From a virus (taxonomy: Duplodnaviria > Caudoviricetes): a stretch of 64,000 bases of DNA. The stretch spans positions 205,323 through 269,322 of IMG/VR virus record IMGVR_UViG_3300013426_000014; one strand, 5' to 3'. Position numbers and translations under genes: made by a program. Positions 49,546 to 60,139 of this stretch are shown here, one piece after another (positions within the stretch are counted from its first letter, which is position 1; every line of letters starts with the position of its first letter). The notes beneath the pieces were generated by a model that made no database searches, was not told the origin of the DNA, and saw only the letters and a list, made by a program, of their open reading frames with translations.

Positions 49546-49972
49546 GCCGGCCCGCGGGGATTCCCCGCCGCCATTTCCTTCCGAACATCACCATATCCGC
49601 GCCCGCGGGTTTGAACACGCCCGGCGGCAGGGGTCTGATGAACGCCGAACCCGACGAGCCGAACCCCCTGCCGTAGAAATCCATATCCCACATCCGCCGG
49701 CACGCGACCATGTTATAGACGCTGTAGAACCGGCAGAACTTACACCTGACGCACTGGCGGGGCGTCACGTAACAGAACGCGTCCGTTCCGTTCTCGTCGT
49801 ACAGGGCCATGCAGTCATACACGGGGGCGGAAACACGGTCCGCCGTCACCGGCCGCCCGTTCGAACACCATTCCGGGACCGTGATCGTATTCCCGGCGCC
49901 GGTTCTCATCCGTATGAGTCTCCTTCCCGCCGCCGACCGTCCCGGCTCTCGTATGATCTCAATTATATTCAT
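49538..49972 (-). CDS. PxWC-family protein, first in operon
   Basis: PEWC...C...CVRC; promoter 49977. Confidence 0.7.
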   Translation of the reverse strand: MNIIEIIREPGRSAAGRRLIRMRTGAGNTITVPEWCSNGRPVTADRVSAPVYDCMALYDENGTDAFCYVTPRQCVRCKFCRFYSVYNMVACRRMWDMDFYGRGFGSSGSAFIRPLPPGVFKPAGADMVMFGRKWRRGIPAGRLA

Positions 49973-50053
49973 GACGCAAATATAATAAAATTCCGGGAAA
50001 CATGGAAACGTTTCCCGGGATTTTTTTAGCGTTTGTTTTGCTTCCCCGCCGGT

Positions 50054-51196
50054 TTACCTTACCGTGTTCGCGACTGTCACGGCGCGGAGGACCGCGGCCT
50101 TGTTATACGACATCATCTCGATGATAATCCCCTCCCCGCACGAGCAGTCGTCAGCTATCAATTCGGCCAGCCCGTTATATTTTCCGGACCCCGGCGCGCC
50201 GATGTTCACCATCTCCGTCTGCCGATTCGCGCCACTCGCTCTGTCCTTCGCCACGTCCGGCGACATAAGCGCAATCTGCCCGCCGATCTCGCGCCGGACG
50301 CCGTCGCCGAACAGCGGGACGCATCTGCCGTCGTCATCCCACGGCAGAACACGCGTCCCGCACAGTAACAGGGAATTGCCGATCCGCCGCGGCGCGCCCT
50401 TCGCCGACGTCAATGAGCTGCAACATGAGAAATCGGCGAAGTCGCGGACGACATCCGGCGATCCCGTCAGGTCGTTGACCTCTGTCCGCCATGCGGCGCC
50501 GCCGGCTGACGTATGTGACACGAACCTCGCGACACCGAAGTCGTCACACTCCCGCGGCGCGCCCTCAAACGACCGCAGTGGACGGAATCCGGATTCCGGG
50601 CCGGCCGGATCATAGTAGAATATATAATACGGCTTCTCGCGCGGCGGCGCCGGAACGATCATATAACTCCCGTCCACGTACGACGGCGACCCGACGAGCG
50701 TCCCGTCCGCGCGCGGCATCGCGTACACCCAGAAGCTGCTGCTGTTATGATTTATCCCGTCAGGATAAACCGGGACAATCGCGTACTCGTGTATATTCGC
50801 CGGGATCTTGTCGAGATCCAGTATGACGCCGGTGAAGCCGCCGCGGACCGTGACATACACACAGAACATGTCATCCGTCCTGTCGAACCGTATCCTGTGA
50901 CCGAACATGTTCCCGCGCCGCCGGATTGACGTCGACATGTTACAATCTGAATCAAAATAATAACATACCGCCGGGACGAGCGACCGTTCGAATTCGGCCA
51001 TCTCCACGGCGGCCTGATCCATGTCGCCGAACGTGTCCGTGTAGTCGACGTCGGACATGTCCGAAAAGTCGAACCCCTCGCGTATTGCCGCGCCGACAGA
51101 TGTCCGCGCGTCCGCGTCCCATATGTATGTGTCTGTCATGCGGTCCGCCATGATATTCGTCATGTCCTGTGTTTTGTTTGTTACAGCCGCGGCCAT
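50054..51196 (-). CDS. FD-motif family LRR-like protein
   Basis: IREGFDFSDMSDVDYTDTF; GSP/GAP repeats. Confidence 0.85.
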   Translation of the reverse strand: MAAAVTNKTQDMTNIMADRMTDTYIWDADARTSVGAAIREGFDFSDMSDVDYTDTFGDMDQAAVEMAEFERSLVPAVCYYFDSDCNMSTSIRRRGNMFGHRIRFDRTDDMFCVYVTVRGGFTGVILDLDKIPANIHEYAIVPVYPDGINHNSSSFWVYAMPRADGTLVGSPSYVDGSYMIVPAPPREKPYYIFYYDPAGPESGFRPLRSFEGAPRECDDFGVARFVSHTSAGGAAWRTEVNDLTGSPDVVRDFADFSCCSSLTSAKGAPRRIGNSLLLCGTRVLPWDDDGRCVPLFGDGVRREIGGQIALMSPDVAKDRASGANRQTEMVNIGAPGSGKYNGLAELIADDCSCGEGIIIEMMSYNKAAVLRAVTVANTVR

Positions 51197-51651
51197 TTGA
51201 TCACCTCTTGCACATTTTTTATTCCGTCGACGGAGGACGGCGCGCCTAATGTGTCGTCATAATTTTTCGTGATGATCTTGACGCAAACACAGCCGGACCG
51301 CGATTTTATCCGCCACGGGACGCCGTACTTCTCTGTGAACCGCCTCAGCCCGCCGGCGCCGTCCTTTAGCAGGACACTGCAGTACAGGACCGTGATCCAT
51401 CGGTCCATGGAGAGGACCTTGTCCGCGTCCCACGTCATGATCCGGCCGGCGTCGGGATCGTCGTCCATGCTGATCAGATCCGACGATCCGACGTCGATCC
51501 GGTCCGCCAGCGCCGCGTTCGTGATCCGCATGTCACGCCGGAGCGCGTCCGCGAAAGCCGACACCATCTCCGCGTTCTCGTCAATACTGGAAAATGTATC
51601 AGTGTAGTCGACGTCCGACATGCCGGATAAATCAATTTTCTCGTTTAACAT
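51181..51651 (-). CDS. FD-motif family short protein, paralog of 4270
   Basis: LNEKIDLSGMSDVDYTDTF; ALRRDM.ITN; TWDA.KV. Confidence 0.85.
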   Translation of the reverse strand: MLNEKIDLSGMSDVDYTDTFSSIDENAEMVSAFADALRRDMRITNAALADRIDVGSSDLISMDDDPDAGRIMTWDADKVLSMDRWITVLYCSVLLKDGAGGLRRFTEKYGVPWRIKSRSGCVCVKIITKNYDDTLGAPSSVDGIKNVQEVIKWPRL

Positions 51652-51676
51652 TTATAAAAACCGAATAATTTTAATC

Positions 51677-54640
51677 TTATACCAGCCCGTTCATCACGCA
51701 CAGCCATTTCGCGCACGCGGCCGCGTCGCCGTACACCGTCACGCGCGCCCGGGCGGCGGACAGATCCGGGAACATCATGCCGTACAGTCCCTGCGGCCAG
51801 TTCCGCGGGGAGCCGGAGCCCAGCCACATGGACGACGACTCCGACTTCCGCCGGCCGGCGACGTTCGCGCCCGGATGCGGGACGTCGACTTTGATCTCGC
51901 CGCACCGCCGGGACACCCCGTCCGTGAACGCCGGCACGACGTTCCCCTTGCCGTCCCACAGGAACGACGTCGTCGGACGCTGCATCTTCCTCGCATCCGG
52001 GAACGTCACGGTGAAGTTGTTGCCGACCCGTTCCGGCGCGCCGTCGAGGAAGCCCGGGCCGTAAGCGAGTCTCGGACCCGGTGCCTCCATCACGCATTCG
52101 ATGTTGCCGGTGACCTCCTTCGGCGCGCCGGCAAGCGACCTGCAGACAGACGGCCTGAGGCCGATGACGTCCGTCAGGCTCCCGTACACGCCGGCGTTCA
52201 CGTCGCCGCCGACGAATTCGGGCGAGCCGATCAGCGAGCCGAAACGCTTGCCTGTTCCCGGCCCGGCCGGCAGTATGAACAGCTGGCATTTCGTTATGCC
52301 CGGCCCGGGCTCGAGCCGCCAGCGAGCGGACTTCGACCATGACGCCGGCGCCGCCTTGAGATCCAGCGCCGCCTCGGCGATCCTGCCGTCAGACGGGGCC
52401 GCGAACGCCGGTGTGTCGAACATCGAGGTCGTCATGACGCCCGGCGCGTCGGACAGCGTGACCGTCCATCCGTCCGCGGACGAGCCGGACACCGCGCGGG
52501 CGAACAGCGGGTCGAGGACGGGGTCGGACCCCCTGACCCACCCGTTCTTCCCGGCGGACGTGCGGACCTGCAAAAGGAGCGCCTTCCGGAGGCCGGCGGT
52601 GAACGCAGACTTCTCCGCCGCGGCCTGGTCCATGTCGCTGAAAGTATCCGTGTAGTCGACGTCGGACATGTCTGAGAAGTCGAAGCCCTCCGACACGGCT
52701 TTCCGCCGGGACGGTTTTCCGTCCTTTCCGGACGGCTCAGCCGGCCGCGTGTCGATACATATGAGACCGGACGGGGCGTCAATCCCTTTCATCGCGTTCA
52801 TGTAAACCGTCCTTCAGTATGACGTCGACGCGTCGGCGATCCCGGCTTCTTTTCATCTGTCCTTTCCGGCGGTGACGGTGAAAACACGGAATTTCCCGTT
52901 CTTCTCGCGTACCACGCGCGGCAGCGTGCGATCGGCGGACCTGACGTTCACATTGCCGCCGACACGCGCCCGGCCGGGCGCCGGGAGGATCCTCTCGCAC
53001 GCGCCGTCCCGGCCGGCCCGCGGGGCCGCGATGACGCCGGCCACATCGAGGTCGCCGCCGATGAACGCCGGCAGTCCGGACATGAAGTCCGGACCCTTCT
53101 GCCGCGAGCTGTTATTCGGGTCATATATGTACCTGAACTCCAGCGTCACCGACCCGTCGACATACTCCGGCGCGCCGGCGAGCGACGTCAGGGAGTCTGA
53201 CTCGACATAGAGCGACGCGCCGAGGTCCAGCCTCCGCGGAGCGCCGGACATCGACTTCACCGCCGAGTTGACACGCACGTCAATGCCGGCCACCTCCGCC
53301 GGCGCGCCGTGAAGGTCCCCCGCCGCCGACGGGTTGAGCGTGATCGTGACGTCGTCGATCAGGGCGGTTACATCGCCGACGACCCCTCCGTTATCGAACA
53401 CCCGTCCCGCTTTCAGCGACCATCCCCCGTACGCGTCGGCCAGCCGGGCGAACCCGCCGCGGGACAGATCGATCCCGATATTGATCTCGTACGGCGCGTA
53501 CTCGGCGCCGTTCAGATCGACGTCGAGCCTGACGATCACATTGCCGCCGCCGTCGCGACTGAGCGGGTCGCCGTTGTCGTCCCGTGCCGTGAGGATCACC
53601 TTGACGTCGATGTCGGCGTCATCGCGAAGATCGCTGCCATAGTTGATCATATCCGATTCGCACGCCTTCTCCACCGCGACACACGGCCCCTCGCGGTCGT
53701 CGATATCGCTCAGCGTGTCGGTGTAGTCGACATCGGACCTGTCAGAGAAGTCGAATCCCTCATTAATCCCGCCGCTCCCGCCGCGGCGTTTCATATGGTC
53801 GCGCGACGCCTTCTGATAGCACGGATCTCACTGCGTGCTGTCTAAATAATCGGCAGGCAGTTCGCCATGTATGTCGCTGAGCGACCGGATCTCCCGCGGG
53901 ACAAGATTCGCCGGGAAAAGATCCGCGCAATCCGCCCCGCCTGTGATCACATACAGCCTGATATCGGTCGGCGCCGGCGCGCCGAACTGATCGCCGATGT
54001 CAATCAGCGATCACGTCATTCATTTCGGAAGGCGGTCCACCGTCCATCGATTGAACGACGCGCCGTACATCGCGGCGATCGCGCGCCGCATTGACGACCG
54101 CGCGGCGGCAGACCGGAAATCCATGATGAGCGGGAACGAATCCCATGATGTCAACGTCTTCACCTCGTCGGTGATGAAGAACCTGATCCCCCAATTGTCA
54201 CGTGGAAGGGAATAAGTCGACGTCGTCATCCATATGGACTGTTTGCTCTTAATTTGGCGGCCGGCCGGCGAGAGCGGCGTCATCGTCAGGCCGGGCGCGC
54301 GGGAGATCATCTCGGCGGCGCTTGCCGCCGTCATCAGTTCGACCCGCCCGGACGACTGGATGAACATCGGATCGAACACCGGACTGTCACATCTTATCCA
54401 CTTGACATGTTTCGGCACATACATACCGCCGGCATTCAACGCCACGCCGGCGTCAGACACCCGCACCCGGGATATCCGCCGCATCCATTTAATGAAAAAT
54501 TCAGGCGCGGCGCGGTATTGCATATCATTGTCATCCATGTCAGACAATGTGTCGGTATAATCGACATCGGACATGTCCGAGAAGTCGAAATCCTCGTTGA
54601 TCTCCCGTCTTCATCCGTGTGTTTTATTACAAGCGTCCAT
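51677..54640 (-). CDS. Three FD-motif units in one frame: 987-aa polyprotein if TGA=Trp, otherwise ORFs 54020-54574, 52853-53794 and 51677-52801
   Basis: Only TGA (54611, 54020, 54011, 53828, 52853, 52814) between ATG 54640 and TAA 51677. Confidence 0.75.
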
Positions 54641-54766
54641 AATAATTTTGTTCTTTTCTTTTTTACCGTTATATAGTAAAAATGAATAACGTAGATATAA
54701 TTATTTAACACGCAAAAAGACGGGCGATTTCATGTCCCGCCCGTCTTTCCTTTCGATGATGCAGTC

Positions 54767-55960
54767 TTACTGCTTCGACAATTTGTCGGACAACTGGATG
54801 AGCATGTTCAGCCCCATCGCGTCCATCGCGGTGCCGCCGGCGTTTCCGGATGATCCGGTCGACACGATCCTCGGCAGCGCGACCTTTGACATCGCCTCCG
54901 CGACGCCGACCCGGGTTTTGTACTCCCACTCGGCCCTCTCCTGCGGGGTGAGGCCGGCCGCGACCTTGAGCCTGTTCGCCTCCGCCTCGGCCTGGCCCTC
55001 GGCGATTATCTTCTTCTTGTCGAACTCTGCCTTCTCAGCGGCGAGCCTTGACACCTCGCGCTCCTGTTCGGCCTTGGTGACGGCGACGGCCTTCGCCTTC
55101 TCCTGCTCCCACCGCGCCCTCGCGGCCGCTGCCTTTCCCTCCTCCTCGGCGCGGATCGACTCCTGCTGGGCGGCGGCGGACTTGGCCTTGCTGGTCTGAA
55201 TGAGCATATTCGCCTCCTGCTGCTGGGCTATCTGGTTGTTGACCTGGTCGGAATATCCTATCTTAGAAATGGAAACCTGCCCTATCTCGAGCCCGTAATA
55301 TCGGAACGGTGACGACTCTGATCTCTTATAGCCGCCCGGGCTGTCCGGGTCCGGGACGAGATCCGCGACCTTCGTCTGCTTCTTCTCGCCGGTGACGGGA
55401 TCCTCCGTCTCGACGACGCGGACGGTGGTCTTGTAGACGCCGTTATTGAGCTGGTCTGTTATGTAGTATATAAGATCGTTCTTTTTCTCCGCGTAGGACT
55501 CGAACGCCGACATGAGCGGTCCGGACGCGTAGATGACCTTGTTGACGGTCTGCTTCACCAGGTCGGTCATGAGCCTGTCCATCCCGTTGTAGTCTGTCTG
55601 TATCCTGGCGAGGTGTTCGACGTCGGTCGGCAGTTTGACCCTGAGCGACCCGTATATGGCGCCGTCGGACGCGTCGTTGAATATCACCTGTATGGGCGAC
55701 CCGATCTGCTCGCCGTTCCCGTCGGACGACCCGAACCACAGCTGCTGCGTCTTGTAATACCTGGTGACGTCGCCGAATCCCTGCCACTTGACGCCGGGCG
55801 TGGTCCAGTAGACCATGCGGCCGGTGAACGGGTACTGGTTGACGACGATCTCCTCGTTCTTCACGTTCTCCCCGAGCTTGCCGACCATGGTCAGGCCGAT
55901 GAGGAGGACGACGCCGAGAATGAGCACGGCGATTTTCTTTGGTGAAACTTTCACTGACAT
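54767..55960 (-). CDS. SPFH/Band 7 membrane protein
   Basis: N-terminal TM, SPFH-like core, Ala/Glu coiled coil; terminator 54714-54750. Confidence 0.8.
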   Translation of the reverse strand: MSVKVSPKKIAVLILGVVLLIGLTMVGKLGENVKNEEIVVNQYPFTGRMVYWTTPGVKWQGFGDVTRYYKTQQLWFGSSDGNGEQIGSPIQVIFNDASDGAIYGSLRVKLPTDVEHLARIQTDYNGMDRLMTDLVKQTVNKVIYASGPLMSAFESYAEKKNDLIYYITDQLNNGVYKTTVRVVETEDPVTGEKKQTKVADLVPDPDSPGGYKRSESSPFRYYGLEIGQVSISKIGYSDQVNNQIAQQQEANMLIQTSKAKSAAAQQESIRAEEEGKAAAARARWEQEKAKAVAVTKAEQEREVSRLAAEKAEFDKKKIIAEGQAEAEANRLKVAAGLTPQERAEWEYKTRVGVAEAMSKVALPRIVSTGSSGNAGGTAMDAMGLNMLIQLSDKLSKQ

Positions 55961-56057
55961 TCTTTTCTTCTGGTTAAAAATGTTGAACAAAAATGAAAAC
56001 AAAAATGAAAGGGGCGGGCGGAAAATCCCGCCCTTTCGCAAGGTGATCCGCCGGGCG

Positions 56058-56336
56058 TTACTCAGACGCCGGCATCTTTTTTCTTTTCCGTTTCGGGACG
56101 GACGCGGTCGTGTCGTCCACCGCCGCCGGTTCCCTCTCCGGCGCCTTGTCCCTGACGGCGTCTTCCTTCCGTGACGGATTCCCGGACGCGAACAGCCCGG
56201 CGAACGGGATCAGCGCGGACCATGACGAGAACCTCTCCCCGTCCGCGTCGACGATCCCGAACATCGCGAGCGCGACGTAACCGTAATACAGAAGCGCGCA
56301 CAGGATGACGGCGCCGATTATGAGCCTGAACACCAT
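56058..56336 (-). CDS. Small membrane protein
   Basis: Hydrophobic N-terminus; WSALIPF. Confidence 0.65.
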   Translation of the reverse strand: MVFRLIIGAVILCALLYYGYVALAMFGIVDADGERFSSWSALIPFAGLFASGNPSRKEDAVRDKAPEREPAAVDDTTASVPKRKRKKMPASE

Positions 56337-56340
56337 ACCG

Positions 56341-57297
56341 CTAGTCCTCCTTGAAAGGGTTGAGCTCAACGGTGTTCGTGTCGACGCCTATCGCCGACCC
56401 CGGCAGCACCTCGTAGAACCAGTCCTCGTCCGGGCCGTAATCCAGACGGGCGAGCTCCGGGTAGGCGGAGTCGATCCAGTCCTCGATCATGCAGGCGGCG
56501 GCGTCGGCCTCGGTGTCGTCGCCGAAGAACCTGCTGTCGTCCTCGGCCGGCAGGGACGCCGGGCGGCGGAAATCCGGGATCAGGATGTCGTGCAGGTAAT
56601 GCACGCCGTGGTCCAGGTAGAGCGGGTTCGGCGTGTGCATCGCCGGGTCCGTGTAGTAGTCCGGGTCCAGTTTCTCGCAGCCGGACGGGTTGACGGTGAT
56701 CATCAGCACCGCCGGGACGGACGGATAGGACGGGACGGACACCTCGCGGGCCGCGGCCTTCTCCGTCAGGACGAGATGGCTGTCCGGCGCGGGCGGATTC
56801 TCCGCGGCCGGGAGCTCGGTCTCGATGCCGAGATCTATCGGCTCCTCGCGGTCATCGTCCTCGCTCACGCCGGCCAGCGCGCTGATGAACGCCTTCGCGA
56901 CATCGCTGACGAGATCGGCGACGGTGTACTCCTCATCGGCGTTTCCGTCATCATCCCGCTTTTTCACGTCGTCGGAGTTGGCGCGCCTGCCGTTCTCCGC
57001 GTTATAGCGGACCTGCCCCTCGTTGTATTCGGCGTCCGCGGCGTCCGCGGCGGTGTGGACCGACGTCAGCGTCTCGCCGGCGCCGAACTCGATCCTGTCC
57101 TTGAACAGCGACGCCACCGGGACGGCGACGTTCTGGACGTCGGTGTCGAACAGCACAAGCGCGTTATTGGCGTCCGGCTTGACTTCGGTCACGTGGCCGA
57201 GCCTGATCGAAGGGACACCCGCCTTGGCGCCGGTCACGAACCAGACCTTGTCGCCGGCCTTCACGTCTTTGAAAATCTTCTTCTTAATGTCTTCCAT
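56341..57297 (-). CDS. Acidic hypothetical protein
   Basis: 318-aa ORF. Confidence 0.7.
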   Translation of the reverse strand: MEDIKKKIFKDVKAGDKVWFVTGAKAGVPSIRLGHVTEVKPDANNALVLFDTDVQNVAVPVASLFKDRIEFGAGETLTSVHTAADAADAEYNEGQVRYNAENGRRANSDDVKKRDDDGNADEEYTVADLVSDVAKAFISALAGVSEDDDREEPIDLGIETELPAAENPPAPDSHLVLTEKAAAREVSVPSYPSVPAVLMITVNPSGCEKLDPDYYTDPAMHTPNPLYLDHGVHYLHDILIPDFRRPASLPAEDDSRFFGDDTEADAAACMIEDWIDSAYPELARLDYGPDEDWFYEVLPGSAIGVDTNTVELNPFKED

Positions 57298-57429
57298 TGT
57301 TTGTGAAAACAGTTTTGTTTGTTTTTGAAAGCTAAAGAGTCATTCGCCGGCCTCCGGGCCGCGGCGTTCAGCCCCCGCGCCGTTTCCGCTCCCGGCGGGC
57401 GCGCGCCGGTTTCGCCACTTGTTATCCCG

Positions 57430-58260
57430 TTAGATGTCGCCGTGCGACTCGAACACCCATCCGTCGGACGTGTCGCCGGAGCAGCTGACCGCGAGCGTCC
57501 CGTCCGGGTATCCGGCGTCCTTCGCCTGCTCCGACATCTTCCTTGCGAGCGCGGCGGAGTCGGGGTTGTCGTCCGCCGCCATGTTCACGTACATGTCCTT
57601 GCTCGTCCTGTATTCCTTCCTTCCCTTCTCGTCGAGCGACCCGTACACCGCGACGCCGACGTCTATCGTCTTCCCGTCCGTCCTGACCCACCTGAAACCG
57701 GGATCGTTGTCCGACACGTCGAGCACCCCGCCGATTTTCAGCGGCAGGCCGTCCAGGCTCTTCAGCCTGTTGTTCCTGCAGCTGCAGTTCCCCCTGACAT
57801 ACTCCGGGAAATCAGTGATCTTCTCGACGTCGGAATCAAACATCCACATCGAGCCGCCGACCTTCTTCGGGAACCCGTTGGTCGACTTCAGGTTCTGCCC
57901 GATGATGTATATGTCCTTCCCGATCTCGCCGAACCTGATGTACGGCGGCAGGTCCCCGTCGGTCCTCAGGCTGATGTGGTTGGCGACGTTGATGACGCCG
58001 CCCTCGGCGATCCACCAGTCCGGCCCGCCCTCGACGCCGATGCCGGCGCCCTCGTACTCCGCGGACTCGTCGAGCCTGTCACAGAACACGCAGTGCGTGT
58101 CCATCCATTCGGTGATCGCCTTGACCTCCTGCTCGGCGTCGTTGTCGGACATCGTGTCGGTCCAGTCGTTCTCGTCCATGTTCGACATGTCGAAGGGCGA
58201 CGTCTGCTCCCCGGTGTCGGGGGTCTCGTTCAAATTAAAATCAAAATTTCTCTCTTCCAT
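57430..58260 (-). CDS. FD-motif family LRR-like protein
   Basis: LNE...FDMSNMDENDWTDTMSD; LKSLDGLP.KIGG repeats. Confidence 0.8.
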   Translation of the reverse strand: MEERNFDFNLNETPDTGEQTSPFDMSNMDENDWTDTMSDNDAEQEVKAITEWMDTHCVFCDRLDESAEYEGAGIGVEGGPDWWIAEGGVINVANHISLRTDGDLPPYIRFGEIGKDIYIIGQNLKSTNGFPKKVGGSMWMFDSDVEKITDFPEYVRGNCSCRNNRLKSLDGLPLKIGGVLDVSDNDPGFRWVRTDGKTIDVGVAVYGSLDEKGRKEYRTSKDMYVNMAADDNPDSAALARKMSEQAKDAGYPDGTLAVSCSGDTSDGWVFESHGDI

Positions 58261-58340
58261 ATTATCTGGCGTTAAAATTCATAACGCGAATATAGCGCTT
58301 TCTTTTCATATACGGAAATATTTCCGGAAAAATTTTTTCG

Positions 58341-58649
58341 CTACCACCTGACGATCGGCCAATACGGATCGTCGTACAGCAGCGGCCCGCGGAAGTCGTC
58401 GTACATCGGCAACGCCGCCCACGCCCTGAACCCGGCGAAGCAGTCCGCCGCCCCGTAAAGCAGTATGGACGCGACGGTGAAGAACACAGCCATGCCGTCA
58501 TAAAAGAAATAAGGGATCCCGCCCGCCATGACGGACCCGGCGTCGAGCGCCGCAAGCGCCGCCGCGATCACCGTCATCGTGTCGGCAAGCATCCGGCCGT
58601 TCGTGTACCGGCCATACATATCGCTGTTACATATTTTCCTTTCACTCAT
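58341..58649 (-). CDS. Small membrane protein
   Basis: Two hydrophobic segments. Confidence 0.5.
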   Translation of the reverse strand: MSERKICNSDMYGRYTNGRMLADTMTVIAAALAALDAGSVMAGGIPYFFYDGMAVFFTVASILLYGAADCFAGFRAWAALPMYDDFRGPLLYDDPYWPIVRW

Positions 58650-58677
58650 AAGCTATTGCTCTGTTTTTCCTGTTCTT

Positions 58678-59484
58678 TTATTGCTGAAATCCGCGCCGCG
58701 CCTTCTCCGCCTCCGCCATTATGTCGCGGCCTGACAGTTCGGACACCCGCTTCACCCACCGGACGACCTTCTTGATAAAATCCGGTGTTTCCCGGTCCGG
58801 GATCCACGTCTGATTCGACGGGTCGTCGCTCTCGCCCGCGGCATCGATGTCGTTCCCGTCGGAAATCCACACCCACTCAGCGGGCGTCTCGTATACGGAA
58901 CATATACCCGGGAAGTCCGCCGCGAGCCCCATCCAGCTCTTACATGAACGCGCGTTCGCGTCCTTCCATTCCGCGACGGCGGCGGCAGCCCGCTCCGCCA
59001 GCGGGACCACGCCGTCCATCATCGACGGATACATCGCGGCCGAGTCCGAATCGTACGGCAGGCCGGTCTTCTCGCATTCCTTCCGGATGGCCGACACCCG
59101 GACGATGACGTCACCCATGCGGATTTCCTGTTCCATCTCGTCCTCGACCGATTTCCGGCGGCGGGCATACCCGTCGATCGACGTCCACGGCAGGGCGGCG
59201 TATCCAGCCTTCCTGACGACGCATCTCCTGACGGTGACGAGCGCCGCGCCCCCGCCGGACGACACGAACGACGCCGGCGACCCGTCCGGGTTGACCCACG
59301 ACACGACGCCGTTGTATATGTCCGGCCTCATCGCGGACGCCCTGTCGGCGCCCTGCCGGACAAGCGCGTTCCTCACCTTGGAGACGTTGCCCCCGCACAT
59401 GTACTCGACGTCGCCGTAAAGATCGACGACATACGACCTTGACGTCGGCTCAATCTCTTTCGCGGATGTTTTCGATACAGCCAT
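58678..59484 (-). CDS. Hypothetical protein
   Basis: 268-aa ORF after promoter 59524. Confidence 0.7.
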   Translation of the reverse strand: MAVSKTSAKEIEPTSRSYVVDLYGDVEYMCGGNVSKVRNALVRQGADRASAMRPDIYNGVVSWVNPDGSPASFVSSGGGAALVTVRRCVVRKAGYAALPWTSIDGYARRRKSVEDEMEQEIRMGDVIVRVSAIRKECEKTGLPYDSDSAAMYPSMMDGVVPLAERAAAAVAEWKDANARSCKSWMGLAADFPGICSVYETPAEWVWISDGNDIDAAGESDDPSNQTWIPDRETPDFIKKVVRWVKRVSELSGRDIMAEAEKARRGFQQ

Positions 59485-60139
59485 ATCTGATTCGTCTTTA
59501 TAATCTTTTTGACTTTGACAACACGAATATAGCGCTTTCTTTTTGAATACGGAAATTTATTTTGAAAAAATATTTCATCGGCGGAAGGCGCATAATAAAA
59601 AGAAAGGGACGGAATGAAACGACATCCGCCCCGAAAGAAACGAAAATGAACCGGGGCGGGTCCTACAGCATGCCGAACGCGGCAAGCAGCGTGGCCGCGA
59701 TCAGCGCGATCACGCCGGCTCCGACGCCGAAGCCGATGAACGCCATCATCCCGTCTGACCCCCGCCCCCCGGAACAGCCTTCGTCCCCGTCATAAAATTC
59801 AGGTCTCATGACTTCGGCTGTTTCTTTTTCAGGGTTATTTATCCGGCGGGACGGTTTTTATTTATTATATAAAGGAACGCACGCCATGCTCGCGCGTGTT
59901 TCCGCCATGACGCGAGCACTGTATTGGTGCGTCAGTACACTGATACACTGATACACCGGCGCCGAAACATATTAATAAAAGAAGGGCTTTTATATATAAA
60001 AGCCCCCCGCTAATATAGCCGTTTTTTCCGATATACGGAAATTTATTTGATGTCGAAAGGTAGAGGATCCGGCCGATCCGCCGATCATTTCTTCCTGTTT
60101 GGTGTATAAAAGTCCACTGATCAAAAAGTCCGCTCTTTC

